Source: a virus
Lineage: Duplodnaviria > Caudoviricetes
Length of the DNA stretch: 64,000 nucleotides
IMG/VR virus record: IMGVR_UViG_3300020438_000019
Coordinates: 1 to 64,000 of that record
Strand: one strand, 5' to 3'
In this document: piece by piece, positions 39,105-49,034 of the stretch
Position numbering within the stretch: position 1 is the first letter of the stretch
Layout of the letters: the number at the start of each line of letters is the position of its first letter
Position numbers and translations under genes: made by a program
The notes under the pieces: model-generated
The model's database searches: none
What the model saw: the letters and a program-made list of their open reading frames with translations, nothing else
Told to the model about the DNA's origin: nothing

Positions 39105-42100
39105 ATGGCAAAAACCTTGCTCTTTGATGCTGTGTTTGACGCATCAGCAAGAACAGTAACTTTGCATGGTAATAAGCACCAGCGAAGAATGTTGTTGATA
39201 ACTAACACAACGGATAACCAAATTATCTATAATTTTGCTGACCCTACCAGAACTGGTACGTTTAGCTACGATACAACAACTGATCATACAACGATCACAT
39301 TGCTGTATGATACGACATCAATGTCTGATTCAGACACTCTTCAAATTCTTGAAGAGGATGATGCTGTTAAGATGGAACCGTCTGAGACATTTGTTGACGC
39401 TGTATCGAAGTTCCGAGTATCAAATCCAGAAAACTTGGTTGATACCGACTTTGAGTATGGACCTCAGGCTTCTAAATGGGAAACTATTCAGACGATCAAT
39501 AACATTCCATCGTTCTTTGCATCTACTTCAGATACTACTATCCCCTTTATCTCGAAAGTAGAAGCTGTTCAGGGTAACGAGCTTATTACAGTTTCCACGA
39601 GTTATGATCACAACCTTACAAGTGGTGTTCCTATCACAGTTACAGGTCTTGCATCGGTTACTGCAGAAGGTACATATATCATTCAGGCTGTACCTACAAG
39701 TACATCTTTCACATATAAAGCAAGATCAGCTCAACCAACAACTAGAGAATTGCAAGGTGTATATACATCTATTATTCCAGGTAAGTTCTTCCAAGGTTCT
39801 CAGATCAGTCTAGACCAATCAATTGGTATTGTGTCTGACCTTTACAACTATCAGGTTACTGTTGCTAGTATCATGAAACTTGTAGTTACAGCTGCACCTG
39901 GTCCTGAATGGGTAATTGGTACTGTGATTTCAGGTGTTGGTGGTGGTGTTGGTAAGATTCTTCGTATAGAAGGAGTTAATCTATACGTTTCTACTATCGG
40001 TGGTGCATTCGTAGACGGAGAAGTTATTACTGGTACTGGTATTGATACCATAGGTGGAACAACAACACTTACTCTAGAAGCTAGTGGTGGTGTTAACGCA
40101 GATGGTAATAAGTATCTTATTGATACTACAGGTGATGGTTCTGGAGAACTTTATCCAGCTATCTCGATGACAAGAAAAGGTATCTATACTTTTGACCAGT
40201 CTGATACTAGTAATACTTCACACAATCTAAGATGGTCTACAACTGCTGATGGTACTCACGGTGGTGGTTCTGCTTATACAACATATGTTTATGAGCATGG
40301 AACTCCTGGACAAGCTGGTGCATACACAAGAATCTACGTTAACAACGATACTCCTGCGAACCTCTATTACTACTGTGTAAACCACGCTAATATGGCTGGT
40401 AACGCAGGTGCATCTATATCAAATGTTGATGTTACTGATGTATCATACAACCCAATTACAGGTGATATGGTATTGACCATTGGTTCACATACTTTACTAA
40501 CTGGTCAAAACATTAAGCTTAAGACAGAATCTATTAAACTGACTTGTGATTATCACGGAGACGGAAACACAACCGTTAAGTCATATCCTCGTGCTTCTGG
40601 TGCTTCTACCTCTAATGGTGCTGACTATGTTTACAACCAAGCAATTCCTATTATTGCTAAGACTGCAACAACAATTACAGTTAATGTAAACGGTGGTCAA
40701 GGTCCTGTTACAGATACTTCTACTCACGTACATAGTGGTGGAACTGCATCTGGTGCTGTTATTGCTGGAGTTAATGCTGGAATAGCAATGCTTGCTCCTA
40801 CAACAAACTCTAAGGTTTATCTAACCACAGTTTCTGAGCACGGATTTGCTGATAACACAAACTTCTACTTCATTAACACTGTATCTCCTAAGATACTTGA
40901 AGTTCAGGATCCTACTTCTACTGCTCCTGATGGTCAAGCATACGTTGATACTGTACTGCAAGCTACAGTTAATAGAGATACTGATATGACTCAGTATGAT
41001 CCATATGATTATGAATCAACATATACTCTAGCATTTGATGAGTCACAAGTAGATTACGGTAATAATACGATCTCATTTGATAGTAACCATGATCTCAAAG
41101 ATGGATACTCTGTACTTTACTATCCGCCCCCAGGAGCACGTCCAATCGGTGATTGCCGTAGGATGCAGGTATACTGGATTGAAGCAGTAGACGCTACTAC
41201 GATAGCTTTCCACCATTCTCAGAGAAGAAACTATGGTCGTGTTAATTTAAGTAATACTTATACTGGAACATGGGATGGTAACTGGTCATATGGTAAGCAT
41301 AAGATTGGACTATGTTATACATGCTACAGAGAATATAAAGGTTGGCATGAATGGACTACAAGAATCTATACTTACTACTGGCAGTGGGGTTCAACCTATT
41401 CAGGACATGACTTCGCACAAGTTAATGGTAGTTATGGATTAGGTCAGCAAAACTGGGAGTTGACAGCGTTCTTCTCTTGTTCAAGGCCAGAGCGTGGTGG
41501 ATATGGAAACCAGCATTATTACTATTGCTGGCCATGGAGACACGCATTTGGAACTTATTGGAAAACTTACGGATATCATCTACAGAGTCTACCAAGGAGT
41601 TCAAGTGAGCGTTGGCAAGGTAGCTACGACTTTATAACAGATGACGGAAACCGTGGTGTTAACACTAATAACTATCATGACTACAGTTATGGTTATACTA
41701 TTGGTGGACTAGGTGGTCACGGTGGTAGTAAGCACTATTGGACATCAAGCTTCTATGCTGAAGGATGGTCTGGTGGTAACTACATGAACATACGTGGTAA
41801 TGAGACATATTGGTGGTATTATCAGGGATGGTATTCTCAAACTATTAACCAGTACTTTAGAGATATCTCTACTGATGGTGGACATACTATGTTCTGGATT
41901 CTTCTTAAGAGGAATACTTCAACCAATGATAGTTTCTACTTCCCTAACCACGGATTTAGTAATAACCAATCCGTTACAATGTCATTCCCATCTGGCGGTG
42001 AAGTTTATTACTACTATGACCAATATGGTAATAGAACTAATACTTCTAGTGGTACATGGTACATTGATAGAATCGATAATAACAGATTCAGAATCAAATC

Positions 42101-45100
42101 AAGTACTGGTGCTGAGCCAATGAGATTGGCTGGTGTAAATGGACAAATTAGATTTACTGCTATTCTTGATAACCCATACAAGAACACCATTTATATTGCA
42201 ACTAACCAGTTCTCTAACAACGAAGTTGTTAAGTATACAGGTACTGGTGGAGCTATTGGTAACCTAACAAGTGGTAACTCTTATTACATTAAGACTATTA
42301 CTGGAGATAGATTCCAATTAGCAAGTAGTGTTAATGGTACTCCGATTTCCTTTGGTAATGGTAATACTGGTGCTGGTATTCAAGAGTTTGAGAACACAAC
42401 TGCTGACTTCGGTGTTGTTGATGGTTCTTACACTACTGTTAAGGCAATCTCCGAGACAGAACTTGAAGTTTCAATTCCATTCAAAGTTCCACCTTCTGTA
42501 AAACAGTTTGATGGTTCTTCTAATGACGTTGATACTTCAGGAGACTGGATCAATATTAACAACCACTACTATGCTACTGGTACTAGAGTTATCTACGATA
42601 ACAATGGTAACAGCACTATCGGTGGTTTGAGTCACAATAAGGACTACTATGTGGTTGTTATTGATAACGCTCACTTCAAGCTTACTGAGTCACTAGCAGA
42701 TGCACTTGCTAGTACTAACATTGTAGACATCACAGGAACCTCTTCTGGATTCCACCAGTTGATCTCTGCTGCACTATCTGGTGAAGTTGGAGGAACAGGT
42801 ACAGTTGCTGTTCAAAGTGGAATAAGAAGAGTCACAGGTACTAATGCTGCCTTCCAGAGATTCTTCAAGATTGGTGATACAATCAAGATTGTTAACACAA
42901 CAGGTGGTACACCTGGTGTTATTGAAGGACATACAATTACTGCTATTACTGATGATGACAACTTGATCGTTGATACACCTTGGACATTCAGTCAGTCTGG
43001 TACTAACTACATGATTCCTTCTTACATCTATGTAAGACCTGATGGATTCTTCTTACACAGACCGTTTGACGGTGGTATGGAAATCGGTACTTCTAAGTCT
43101 CCGAACTCCAGAATCTCCAGACAGACTCGTAAGTACTTCCGTTACCAGTCAGGTAAAGGTATTCAGACCTCACTTGCGATTAACTTCACACCACAGATTC
43201 CAATTATCAACTTAACATTTGCGACATCTGGTTCACAACAGATTCAATCATGTTCAGGTACAATTGATACGAATGTTCTAACAGTTGCTGATAGTTCAGT
43301 ACTTGTTGTTAACATGCCCGTAACTGGTACTGGTGTTGCAACTGATAGTTTTGGTAACCCAGTTAAAATTGCTGAGATTGTTGATGCTACAACAGTTCAA
43401 CTCTCTGCACTACTAACTGCAACAATCAGTTCTGAGAATCTTACATTCGAGCCAGTTATAACTGCAGAATGTACAACAACTAAACCACACCAGTTGAGTG
43501 CTGGACTTAACATTAAGGTTATTGATTGTGATACTCCAGAGTTTAACACTGGTGCTAAGGCAACTAACGTATTAGCAGTTAATGATGAATTTAGATTCAC
43601 ATACCTATTACAAGAAACTCCTTCACAGTCTGTTGGTGCTGGATTCCCAACACTAGCTGTTCTATCTTGGAACGACTGTGCTGTACGTGCTGGTATGTTT
43701 GATGATCAGAACGGATTCTTCTATGAGATGGATGGTCAAACGATCAACTGTTGCCGTAGAAGCTCAGTACAACAGCTTCCAGGAACTGTTAGTGTAACCA
43801 AAGGTTCACAGATCATTACTGGTACTGATACTAAGTTTACATCACAGTTACTTCCGAAGGACATGATTGTTGTTCGTGGTATGAGTTATAAGGTCGTTAA
43901 GGTCGCTAACAATACTCAGATCACAGTTCAACCATCTTACCGTGGTACAACTAACGAAGATGTTATCATGACGAAGACAATCGATACTAAGGTTGCGAAA
44001 GCAAACTGGAATATCGACACTGGAGATGGACTTGGTAAGTCTGCTTACATCTTGGATGTTTCTAAGATCCAGATGTGCTACATGGATTACTCTTGGTATG
44101 GTGCTGGTAAGATCCGCTTTGGATTTAAAGATCAGCATGGACATGTTAAGTACTTCCATGAGTTCAAGCACAACAACAAACTAACTGAATCTTACTTCCG
44201 TTCAGGTAACCTACCTGCTCGTTACGAGATTGAGAATGGTGATGAACCTACCTACGTAGGAACTCTGTTCCACTGGGGTACATCGGTTATCATGGATGGT
44301 ACATTCCAGGATGACGAAGCGTATCTATTCACTGCGTCTGGTATTACTCACAAGTATACCAACAGTTCTGCTAACGCTGCTCAGACAAATGGAAACTCTG
44401 CTATTGTTGAGGAAAGAGTCAACTGGTACTATAGAAGATACTTTATCAGAATCCCATTTGATAATGGTTCTTATGGATCAGTTCTAACGATTAACACTAA
44501 CATCTATGAAGCTTCTGTTTCTAACGGATACTTCCAAGATGGTAGGGTGATCGATACTAGATCATATCAGTCAGGATCTACCTATTACGTATACATCAAG
44601 TATGTCGAAGGTACATCTGACTACTTCCCAAGAAACTACTACTCCGCAATCAACTCAACCCTAGGTAACCCTGCTGTTCCTAGCAGTACTACCTTCTCAG
44701 TTGGTGCTCCAGCTGGTAACGAGAACTTGATTCCTGTTGATATGCCTCTAATTTCAATTAGATTGGCTCCATCAGTTGACTCCTCGATTACTGGAGCATT
44801 AGGAGATAGAGAGATTATCAACCGAATGCAACTTAAGCTTGACTCGATTGGTATCTTGACTACACACGAGACAGAGATTAGTCTAAGACTGAACCCTTCT
44901 CTAAGTACGGATACATTCGAGAATGTTGAGAACCCATCACTATGTCAATTGGTTAGACACAGTTCATCTGATACCCTTGCCTCTGGTTCAACGATTCTAT
45001 CGTTCAGAGCATCTGGTTCTGGTGCTGGTCAAACTGCATCAACTAACTTCGACCTATCGAAGATTAGTGCGTTGGGTAACTCGATCTTAGGTGGTGACGG

Positions 45101-45224
45101 TATCTATCCAAATGGACCTGACCTTCTAACAGTGGTAGGAAACATAGTTGACTCTTCTGGAGTTAATCTATCCAACCCTTACTCAATATCTGCTAGAATT
45201 ACATGGCAGGAATCACAAGCATAA
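39105..45224 (+). CDS. large tail-fibre/adhesin-like structural protein (2039 aa) with cupredoxin-like domain
   Basis: LLITNTTDNQIIYNFADP N-terminus, DYSWYGAGKIRFG...SGNLPARYE, YYYCVNHANM, Trp/Tyr-rich inserts. Confidence 0.85.
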   Translation: MAKTLLFDAVFDASARTVTLHGNKHQRRMLLITNTTDNQIIYNFADPTRTGTFSYDTTTDHTTITLLYDTTSMSDSDTLQILEEDDAVKMEPSETFVDAVSKFRVSNPENLVDTDFEYGPQASKWETIQTINNIPSFFASTSDTTIPFISKVEAVQGNELITVSTSYDHNLTSGVPITVTGLASVTAEGTYIIQAVPTSTSFTYKARSAQPTTRELQGVYTSIIPGKFFQGSQISLDQSIGIVSDLYNYQVTVASIMKLVVTAAPGPEWVIGTVISGVGGGVGKILRIEGVNLYVSTIGGAFVDGEVITGTGIDTIGGTTTLTLEASGGVNADGNKYLIDTTGDGSGELYPAISMTRKGIYTFDQSDTSNTSHNLRWSTTADGTHGGGSAYTTYVYEHGTPGQAGAYTRIYVNNDTPANLYYYCVNHANMAGNAGASISNVDVTDVSYNPITGDMVLTIGSHTLLTGQNIKLKTESIKLTCDYHGDGNTTVKSYPRASGASTSNGADYVYNQAIPIIAKTATTITVNVNGGQGPVTDTSTHVHSGGTASGAVIAGVNAGIAMLAPTTNSKVYLTTVSEHGFADNTNFYFINTVSPKILEVQDPTSTAPDGQAYVDTVLQATVNRDTDMTQYDPYDYESTYTLAFDESQVDYGNNTISFDSNHDLKDGYSVLYYPPPGARPIGDCRRMQVYWIEAVDATTIAFHHSQRRNYGRVNLSNTYTGTWDGNWSYGKHKIGLCYTCYREYKGWHEWTTRIYTYYWQWGSTYSGHDFAQVNGSYGLGQQNWELTAFFSCSRPERGGYGNQHYYYCWPWRHAFGTYWKTYGYHLQSLPRSSSERWQGSYDFITDDGNRGVNTNNYHDYSYGYTIGGLGGHGGSKHYWTSSFYAEGWSGGNYMNIRGNETYWWYYQGWYSQTINQYFRDISTDGGHTMFWILLKRNTSTNDSFYFPNHGFSNNQSVTMSFPSGGEVYYYYDQYGNRTNTSSGTWYIDRIDNNRFRIKSSTGAEPMRLAGVNGQIRFTAILDNPYKNTIYIATNQFSNNEVVKYTGTGGAIGNLTSGNSYYIKTITGDRFQLASSVNGTPISFGNGNTGAGIQEFENTTADFGVVDGSYTTVKAISETELEVSIPFKVPPSVKQFDGSSNDVDTSGDWININNHYYATGTRVIYDNNGNSTIGGLSHNKDYYVVVIDNAHFKLTESLADALASTNIVDITGTSSGFHQLISAALSGEVGGTGTVAVQSGIRRVTGTNAAFQRFFKIGDTIKIVNTTGGTPGVIEGHTITAITDDDNLIVDTPWTFSQSGTNYMIPSYIYVRPDGFFLHRPFDGGMEIGTSKSPNSRISRQTRKYFRYQSGKGIQTSLAINFTPQIPIINLTFATSGSQQIQSCSGTIDTNVLTVADSSVLVVNMPVTGTGVATDSFGNPVKIAEIVDATTVQLSALLTATISSENLTFEPVITAECTTTKPHQLSAGLNIKVIDCDTPEFNTGAKATNVLAVNDEFRFTYLLQETPSQSVGAGFPTLAVLSWNDCAVRAGMFDDQNGFFYEMDGQTINCCRRSSVQQLPGTVSVTKGSQIITGTDTKFTSQLLPKDMIVVRGMSYKVVKVANNTQITVQPSYRGTTNEDVIMTKTIDTKVAKANWNIDTGDGLGKSAYILDVSKIQMCYMDYSWYGAGKIRFGFKDQHGHVKYFHEFKHNNKLTESYFRSGNLPARYEIENGDEPTYVGTLFHWGTSVIMDGTFQDDEAYLFTASGITHKYTNSSANAAQTNGNSAIVEERVNWYYRRYFIRIPFDNGSYGSVLTINTNIYEASVSNGYFQDGRVIDTRSYQSGSTYYVYIKYVEGTSDYFPRNYYSAINSTLGNPAVPSSTTFSVGAPAGNENLIPVDMPLISIRLAPSVDSSITGALGDREIINRMQLKLDSIGILTTHETEISLRLNPSLSTDTFENVENPSLCQLVRHSSSDTLASGSTILSFRASGSGAGQTASTNFDLSKISALGNSILGGDGIYPNGPDLLTVVGNIVDSSGVNLSNPYSISARITWQESQA

Positions 45225-45243
45225 TCTATAAGGAGATACTAAA

Positions 45244-45534
45244 ATGAGTTACACATCAAGAGGACTAGACGGACAGGGTGTTGCTGGCACCCTGGCCAGT
45301 TTAAAAGTAGCACTCGAAGACATGACCCCTGCAAGGTGGGAATGGCACGTTGAGCAAGACGAAGCTACTAGAGTTGCAGACGAAGCTTATTGGAACAAAG
45401 TTGAAAATGAGTGGATTGCATACAAGATAAATTGTGGGGATCTAAATTTTCCACAAATGAGACAAGGTTTTGACTTGTATAACAAGTACGCACCAAAGAA
45501 ACATGCACTAGAGTGGAAAGCAATCACAGGGTAA
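45244..45534 (+). CDS. hypothetical protein (possible fibre chaperone)
   Basis: 96 aa, strong AGGAG RBS, directly after the fibre gene. Confidence 0.75.
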   Translation: MSYTSRGLDGQGVAGTLASLKVALEDMTPARWEWHVEQDEATRVADEAYWNKVENEWIAYKINCGDLNFPQMRQGFDLYNKYAPKKHALEWKAITG

Positions 45535-45545
45535 TAAAAAAGAAT

Positions 45546-45578
45546 AAAAAAAAGGAGGGGATAAAACCCCTCCTTTTT
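45546..45578. terminator. bidirectional rho-independent terminator
   Basis: AAAAAAAAGGAGGGG-ataaaa-CCCCTCCTTTTT between convergent genes. Confidence 0.9.
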
Positions 45579-46425
45579 ATTTGATTACTCCTACCAGAGA
45601 GTATCTAACACCTTTCTCTTTATCTGCATCATATGATATACAATGCCATCTATTACCTCTGTACATAGAGCACATATTTCTCTCTGCTTTAATAAAGGCA
45701 TACCTTTCAAATCTAGGTAATGGTTCATCTGCAGTGTCTCCAATATAATATACCCAATCAGATATATCAGTTCCTTCTATAGGATTCTTACTCCACTGTT
45801 TTCCATTTGCCCCAACGAACTCATACTTATTACGATATTCCTCACAAGCTATTCTTGATTTTCCAAGTTGTAATGAATTATAAAATGCCTTCCCATCGGA
45901 GGTTACAAATCTTAAAAAGGATGTACCAGTATTATCACATTGAGTAAGATACATGTTACATGCTAGTGAGAATGGATCTATATGTGGAAGCCAATTGTTC
46001 TGGCAAGATTTCATTCCAGGATAACAGGTATTTGTATAGTAGTTGAATCGAACTTGTTCTCTTTCGTACTTATGCAACCCAGTCGTTTTCCCTAGCTCGT
46101 AAATTTCATCACACAACTTTCTTGCTAATTTTGATTCCAATGGTTGTTGAAACCCAGGAGCATTACTAGCCATGTAGGTGAATCTATCTTTTATTATACT
46201 TTCTGTCTTATCCTCAGAAGGTATATGTTTTAAGAAGTCTATAATTTCATTCGGTCTTTTGAAGAAGTCTTGAATAACAACATGTTTCAGACCAGTCTCT
46301 TCATCTTTATTATTTTCTATTTCTAGATCATCATTGAGCTCAAATATACTATCTAAATCTCTACTTGTATATCGATTAAATTCCGATATATCTAGTTTGT
46401 CTTTAGTATAATCTCTCATAATCAA
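45577..46425 (-). CDS. DUF6445-like putative Fe(II)/2OG oxygenase
   Basis: VVIQDFFKRP, PG, WLPHID, GTSF, NMCSMYRGNRWH. Confidence 0.75.
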   Translation of the reverse strand: MIMRDYTKDKLDISEFNRYTSRDLDSIFELNDDLEIENNKDEETGLKHVVIQDFFKRPNEIIDFLKHIPSEDKTESIIKDRFTYMASNAPGFQQPLESKLARKLCDEIYELGKTTGLHKYEREQVRFNYYTNTCYPGMKSCQNNWLPHIDPFSLACNMYLTQCDNTGTSFLRFVTSDGKAFYNSLQLGKSRIACEEYRNKYEFVGANGKQWSKNPIEGTDISDWVYYIGDTADEPLPRFERYAFIKAERNMCSMYRGNRWHCISYDADKEKGVRYSLVGVIK

Positions 46426-47333
46426 TAGTCACTATCCCATTGCTGTGGAGCTTGTTCTCCTGGTAGTTGTTGCTGTTGTTCTGGCATTTGGTTTTGTGCC
46501 TCTGGATCACCTTGTTGTTGACCTTGAGAAATAATGATATTGGTGTTAAACATATATCTTTCAACTCCCTCAAGACCATTATAGTCATGAGTCATCCATT
46601 TACCAGCTTTAAAGATAACCATTCTATTTTTCTTTGCTTCTACAAATCTAGTTTTATCGTAGTACTTTGTATCTTCGTATGGTTTAAATGTTTCTAGTTC
46701 TGGTTGGATGGTTACAAAAACATTTAAGTAATCTTTGAGTGTACCTTGGAGTTCTCTATCCTCAATTTTTGAAAGATCTTCTATCTCTTTAAATCTTTGA
46801 CCTTCAAACATAAGATCATAAAAAGATATACCATTTTCAGGATCTATATCATCACCTAAAAATACATTACATGAATACTCAAAATCTAACACAGGAGCTG
46901 GCCATTGTGCACGTTTGTGTATGGTCATATTATCATGTTGTAGATTGCAAGTTACCAATCCACTTCTAGAGAGACTACTCATATAAGCTTTGTCCTTCAA
47001 GTATTCATTAACTTGATGTGGAACAAATTCTGCTTCTATTAGTACCTTGTAAAGATCTTGAAACCATACATCGAAGTATTGGTTTGGAAGTAGTTGTGTT
47101 ATACCATTGGGAGTTTTGAACTCAGGCTTATCATTGTTTAGATGCATCATCCTTTTAAGTTCATCAGCACTGTCTGCAGGAAACTTTACAAGGAAATCAA
47201 AAACAGCATCTGGGTCTGTAAAGACATCATCTACAACTACATAGTCACCCATGTCTTGTATATCAATATCTTCATTGATGTCTATTAATTGGTGAAAATC
47301 ACACTGGTCTAACTGAGATCGTATATTACTCAT
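46422..47333 (-). CDS. DUF6445-like paralog lacking HxD, Gln-rich tail
   Basis: VVVDDVFTDPD, NGISFY, KKNRMVIFKAGKWMTH; WPAPVLD in place of WLPHID. Confidence 0.7.
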   Translation of the reverse strand: MSNIRSQLDQCDFHQLIDINEDIDIQDMGDYVVVDDVFTDPDAVFDFLVKFPADSADELKRMMHLNNDKPEFKTPNGITQLLPNQYFDVWFQDLYKVLIEAEFVPHQVNEYLKDKAYMSSLSRSGLVTCNLQHDNMTIHKRAQWPAPVLDFEYSCNVFLGDDIDPENGISFYDLMFEGQRFKEIEDLSKIEDRELQGTLKDYLNVFVTIQPELETFKPYEDTKYYDKTRFVEAKKNRMVIFKAGKWMTHDYNGLEGVERYMFNTNIIISQGQQQGDPEAQNQMPEQQQQLPGEQAPQQWDSDY

Positions 47334-47817
47334 TTGTACTCATTTCAAAGTTTTGATCTAATTTTTCTCCTTGAGTTGCAAGACTAGTTGGACTTGCCAT
47401 ACCTTGAGCACCAGCATCATCTGCTGCTTGATTAGGGTCTTGACTGACTACAGTCTCCTTCATAACAGGATCTAAATGAACTGTATTCTCTGATTGATAT
47501 CTAGCAACAACATCTAAGTATGCTGCTACAATATCTGAATGAGGTTCATACACTACTCTAACAAAGTTATAAGTGAATTGGAAATCTCTATCTGCAGACA
47601 TAGGAGCCCAAAATCTAAATCCAATATCACCTTGAGGTATAGCAGACGGTTCAGGAGCAGCTTCATTCAGATTCTGAGTACTACCAGGCGTAAAATCTAT
47701 AGTGTAAGGAGCTTCTACTTTGTATCCCAAAGCTTCATCCTTCTCTTTATCCATTACTTCTTTGATATCACCGATGACTGTTTCACCAGTTTCCAATACC
47801 AATAACTTTATACTCAT
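47326..47817 (-). CDS. conserved T4-like cyanophage hypothetical protein
   Basis: MSIKLLVLETGETVIGDIKE...GYKVEAPY...WAPMS...VVYEP pattern. Confidence 0.8.
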   Translation of the reverse strand: MSIKLLVLETGETVIGDIKEVMDKEKDEALGYKVEAPYTIDFTPGSTQNLNEAAPEPSAIPQGDIGFRFWAPMSADRDFQFTYNFVRVVYEPHSDIVAAYLDVVARYQSENTVHLDPVMKETVVSQDPNQAADDAGAQGMASPTSLATQGEKLDQNFEMSTNE

Positions 47818-47841
47818 TTTACTTATTCCACATGTGTTATA

Positions 47842-47870
47842 ATTGTACAGTATAACCCGTCTTATGTCAA
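47842..47870 (-). promoter_or_regulatory. sigma70-type (early) promoter
   Basis: minus strand TTGACA (47870-47865), 17-nt spacer, TACAAT (47847-47842), 25 nt upstream of ATG 47817. Confidence 0.85.
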
Positions 47871-47922
47871 GTTGTCTTATGACGATAAATATGTTATACT
47901 AGAGTTATTTAGATCTGAAAAA

Positions 47923-48378
47923 ATGAGCGAATCTGGAAAAGGCTTTGCGGATACTACACCAAAAGAGATATCCCCTGATGTGATATATGTTGATGAGAAA
48001 GGTAAACCTACATCTTATGGACATAAAACAAGTGTTTTAAAACAGCATCCTGATAGGGAAACCCCACCTCTACTGAAAGACATTCCTTTATATGAGTTGG
48101 TACAAAAGATTGAGAAGAAGCACGGATATAATTTGAATATGGTTGTCGAAGCTTTCTTGAAGAATCAATCAGAAGAGAATGAGCATGTTCGTGATAGTGA
48201 TATTCTAGAAGATGGTATGGTAAGAGCTGATGAAATATATTGGTATTGTGAATTCCAAGAGCAAAAGAAAATCTTTGATCACATTGCTGCTGTTGAAGCA
48301 TGGTTCTTAGAAGAAGTAGTATACAATCCTGAAATCCCATATACAGCACCAGAGGAACCAGTTAGTAATGAAGCATGA
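47923..48378 (+). CDS. hypothetical protein
   Basis: ATG 47923 (MSESGKGFAD) lies downstream of ATAAATA at 47885; the track's TTG start at 47872 is less likely. Confidence 0.7.
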   Translation: MSESGKGFADTTPKEISPDVIYVDEKGKPTSYGHKTSVLKQHPDRETPPLLKDIPLYELVQKIEKKHGYNLNMVVEAFLKNQSEENEHVRDSDILEDGMVRADEIYWYCEFQEQKKIFDHIAAVEAWFLEEVVYNPEIPYTAPEEPVSNEA

Positions 48379-49000
48379 TTTAACAAAGGAAGCACAAATA
48401 CATGAGGTATTTCCTAAACTAGTTTGTCGCCATGATAACATAGGTCTGGACTTGATTCCAGACATGCTTGAGATGATGGAAGATATTAAAGATCAGACTG
48501 CTGGTAATTCAGCTCTTAATGTAAATTCGTCTCATACAACTATAGAAACTCTTCATAGACTACCTGTATTTAAAGATCTAAGTAACGAAATTATTAGGGT
48601 TGCTAGGGGATTTATGCATGAATATGGTTATGAGGATAAGAGAATAGCTGACCTATTCATGGCTGGTATGTGGTTTAACCATTCAAATAAAGGAAATTTT
48701 ATCTTCCCTCATATCCATCATGGAGGATTTCTTTCATGTGCTTATTATTTAAAAGCAAATCCAGAAAGACATAATATTGTTTTTTATGATTTTACTAAGA
48801 ACATATCGGAAGACCCTTATTCATATAATGATCTGAGCTCAGAAGTTTTCTCTATACCATGTAAACCTGGTAGACTCTTAATATTTCATTCAGATTTTCC
48901 TCATGGTGTCCCTTTGCAAGAACATGAAGAAGAAAAAATCGTTGTATCAACCAATATGATACTGAGAAATGTACCTAGTTGGGAAGGTAGAGCTGCTTGA
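48368..49000 (+). CDS. putative 2OG-Fe(II) oxygenase (TIGR02466-like)
   Basis: MWFN...FPHIHH..LSCAYYL...GRLLIFHSDFPHGV. Confidence 0.85.
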   Translation: MKHDLTKEAQIHEVFPKLVCRHDNIGLDLIPDMLEMMEDIKDQTAGNSALNVNSSHTTIETLHRLPVFKDLSNEIIRVARGFMHEYGYEDKRIADLFMAGMWFNHSNKGNFIFPHIHHGGFLSCAYYLKANPERHNIVFYDFTKNISEDPYSYNDLSSEVFSIPCKPGRLLIFHSDFPHGVPLQEHEEEKIVVSTNMILRNVPSWEGRAA

Positions 49001-49002
49001 AG

Positions 49003-49009
49003 CTAAATA
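49003..49009 (+). promoter_or_regulatory. late promoter variant
   Basis: CTAAATA upstream of gp13. Confidence 0.6.
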
Positions 49010-49034
49010 CCATTAGGAAACTATTGGTATTCGT

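Noticed and set aside
41160-45224. Possible diversity-generating retroelement target
   Set aside because: No reverse transcriptase and no template repeat differing only at adenines seen in the window
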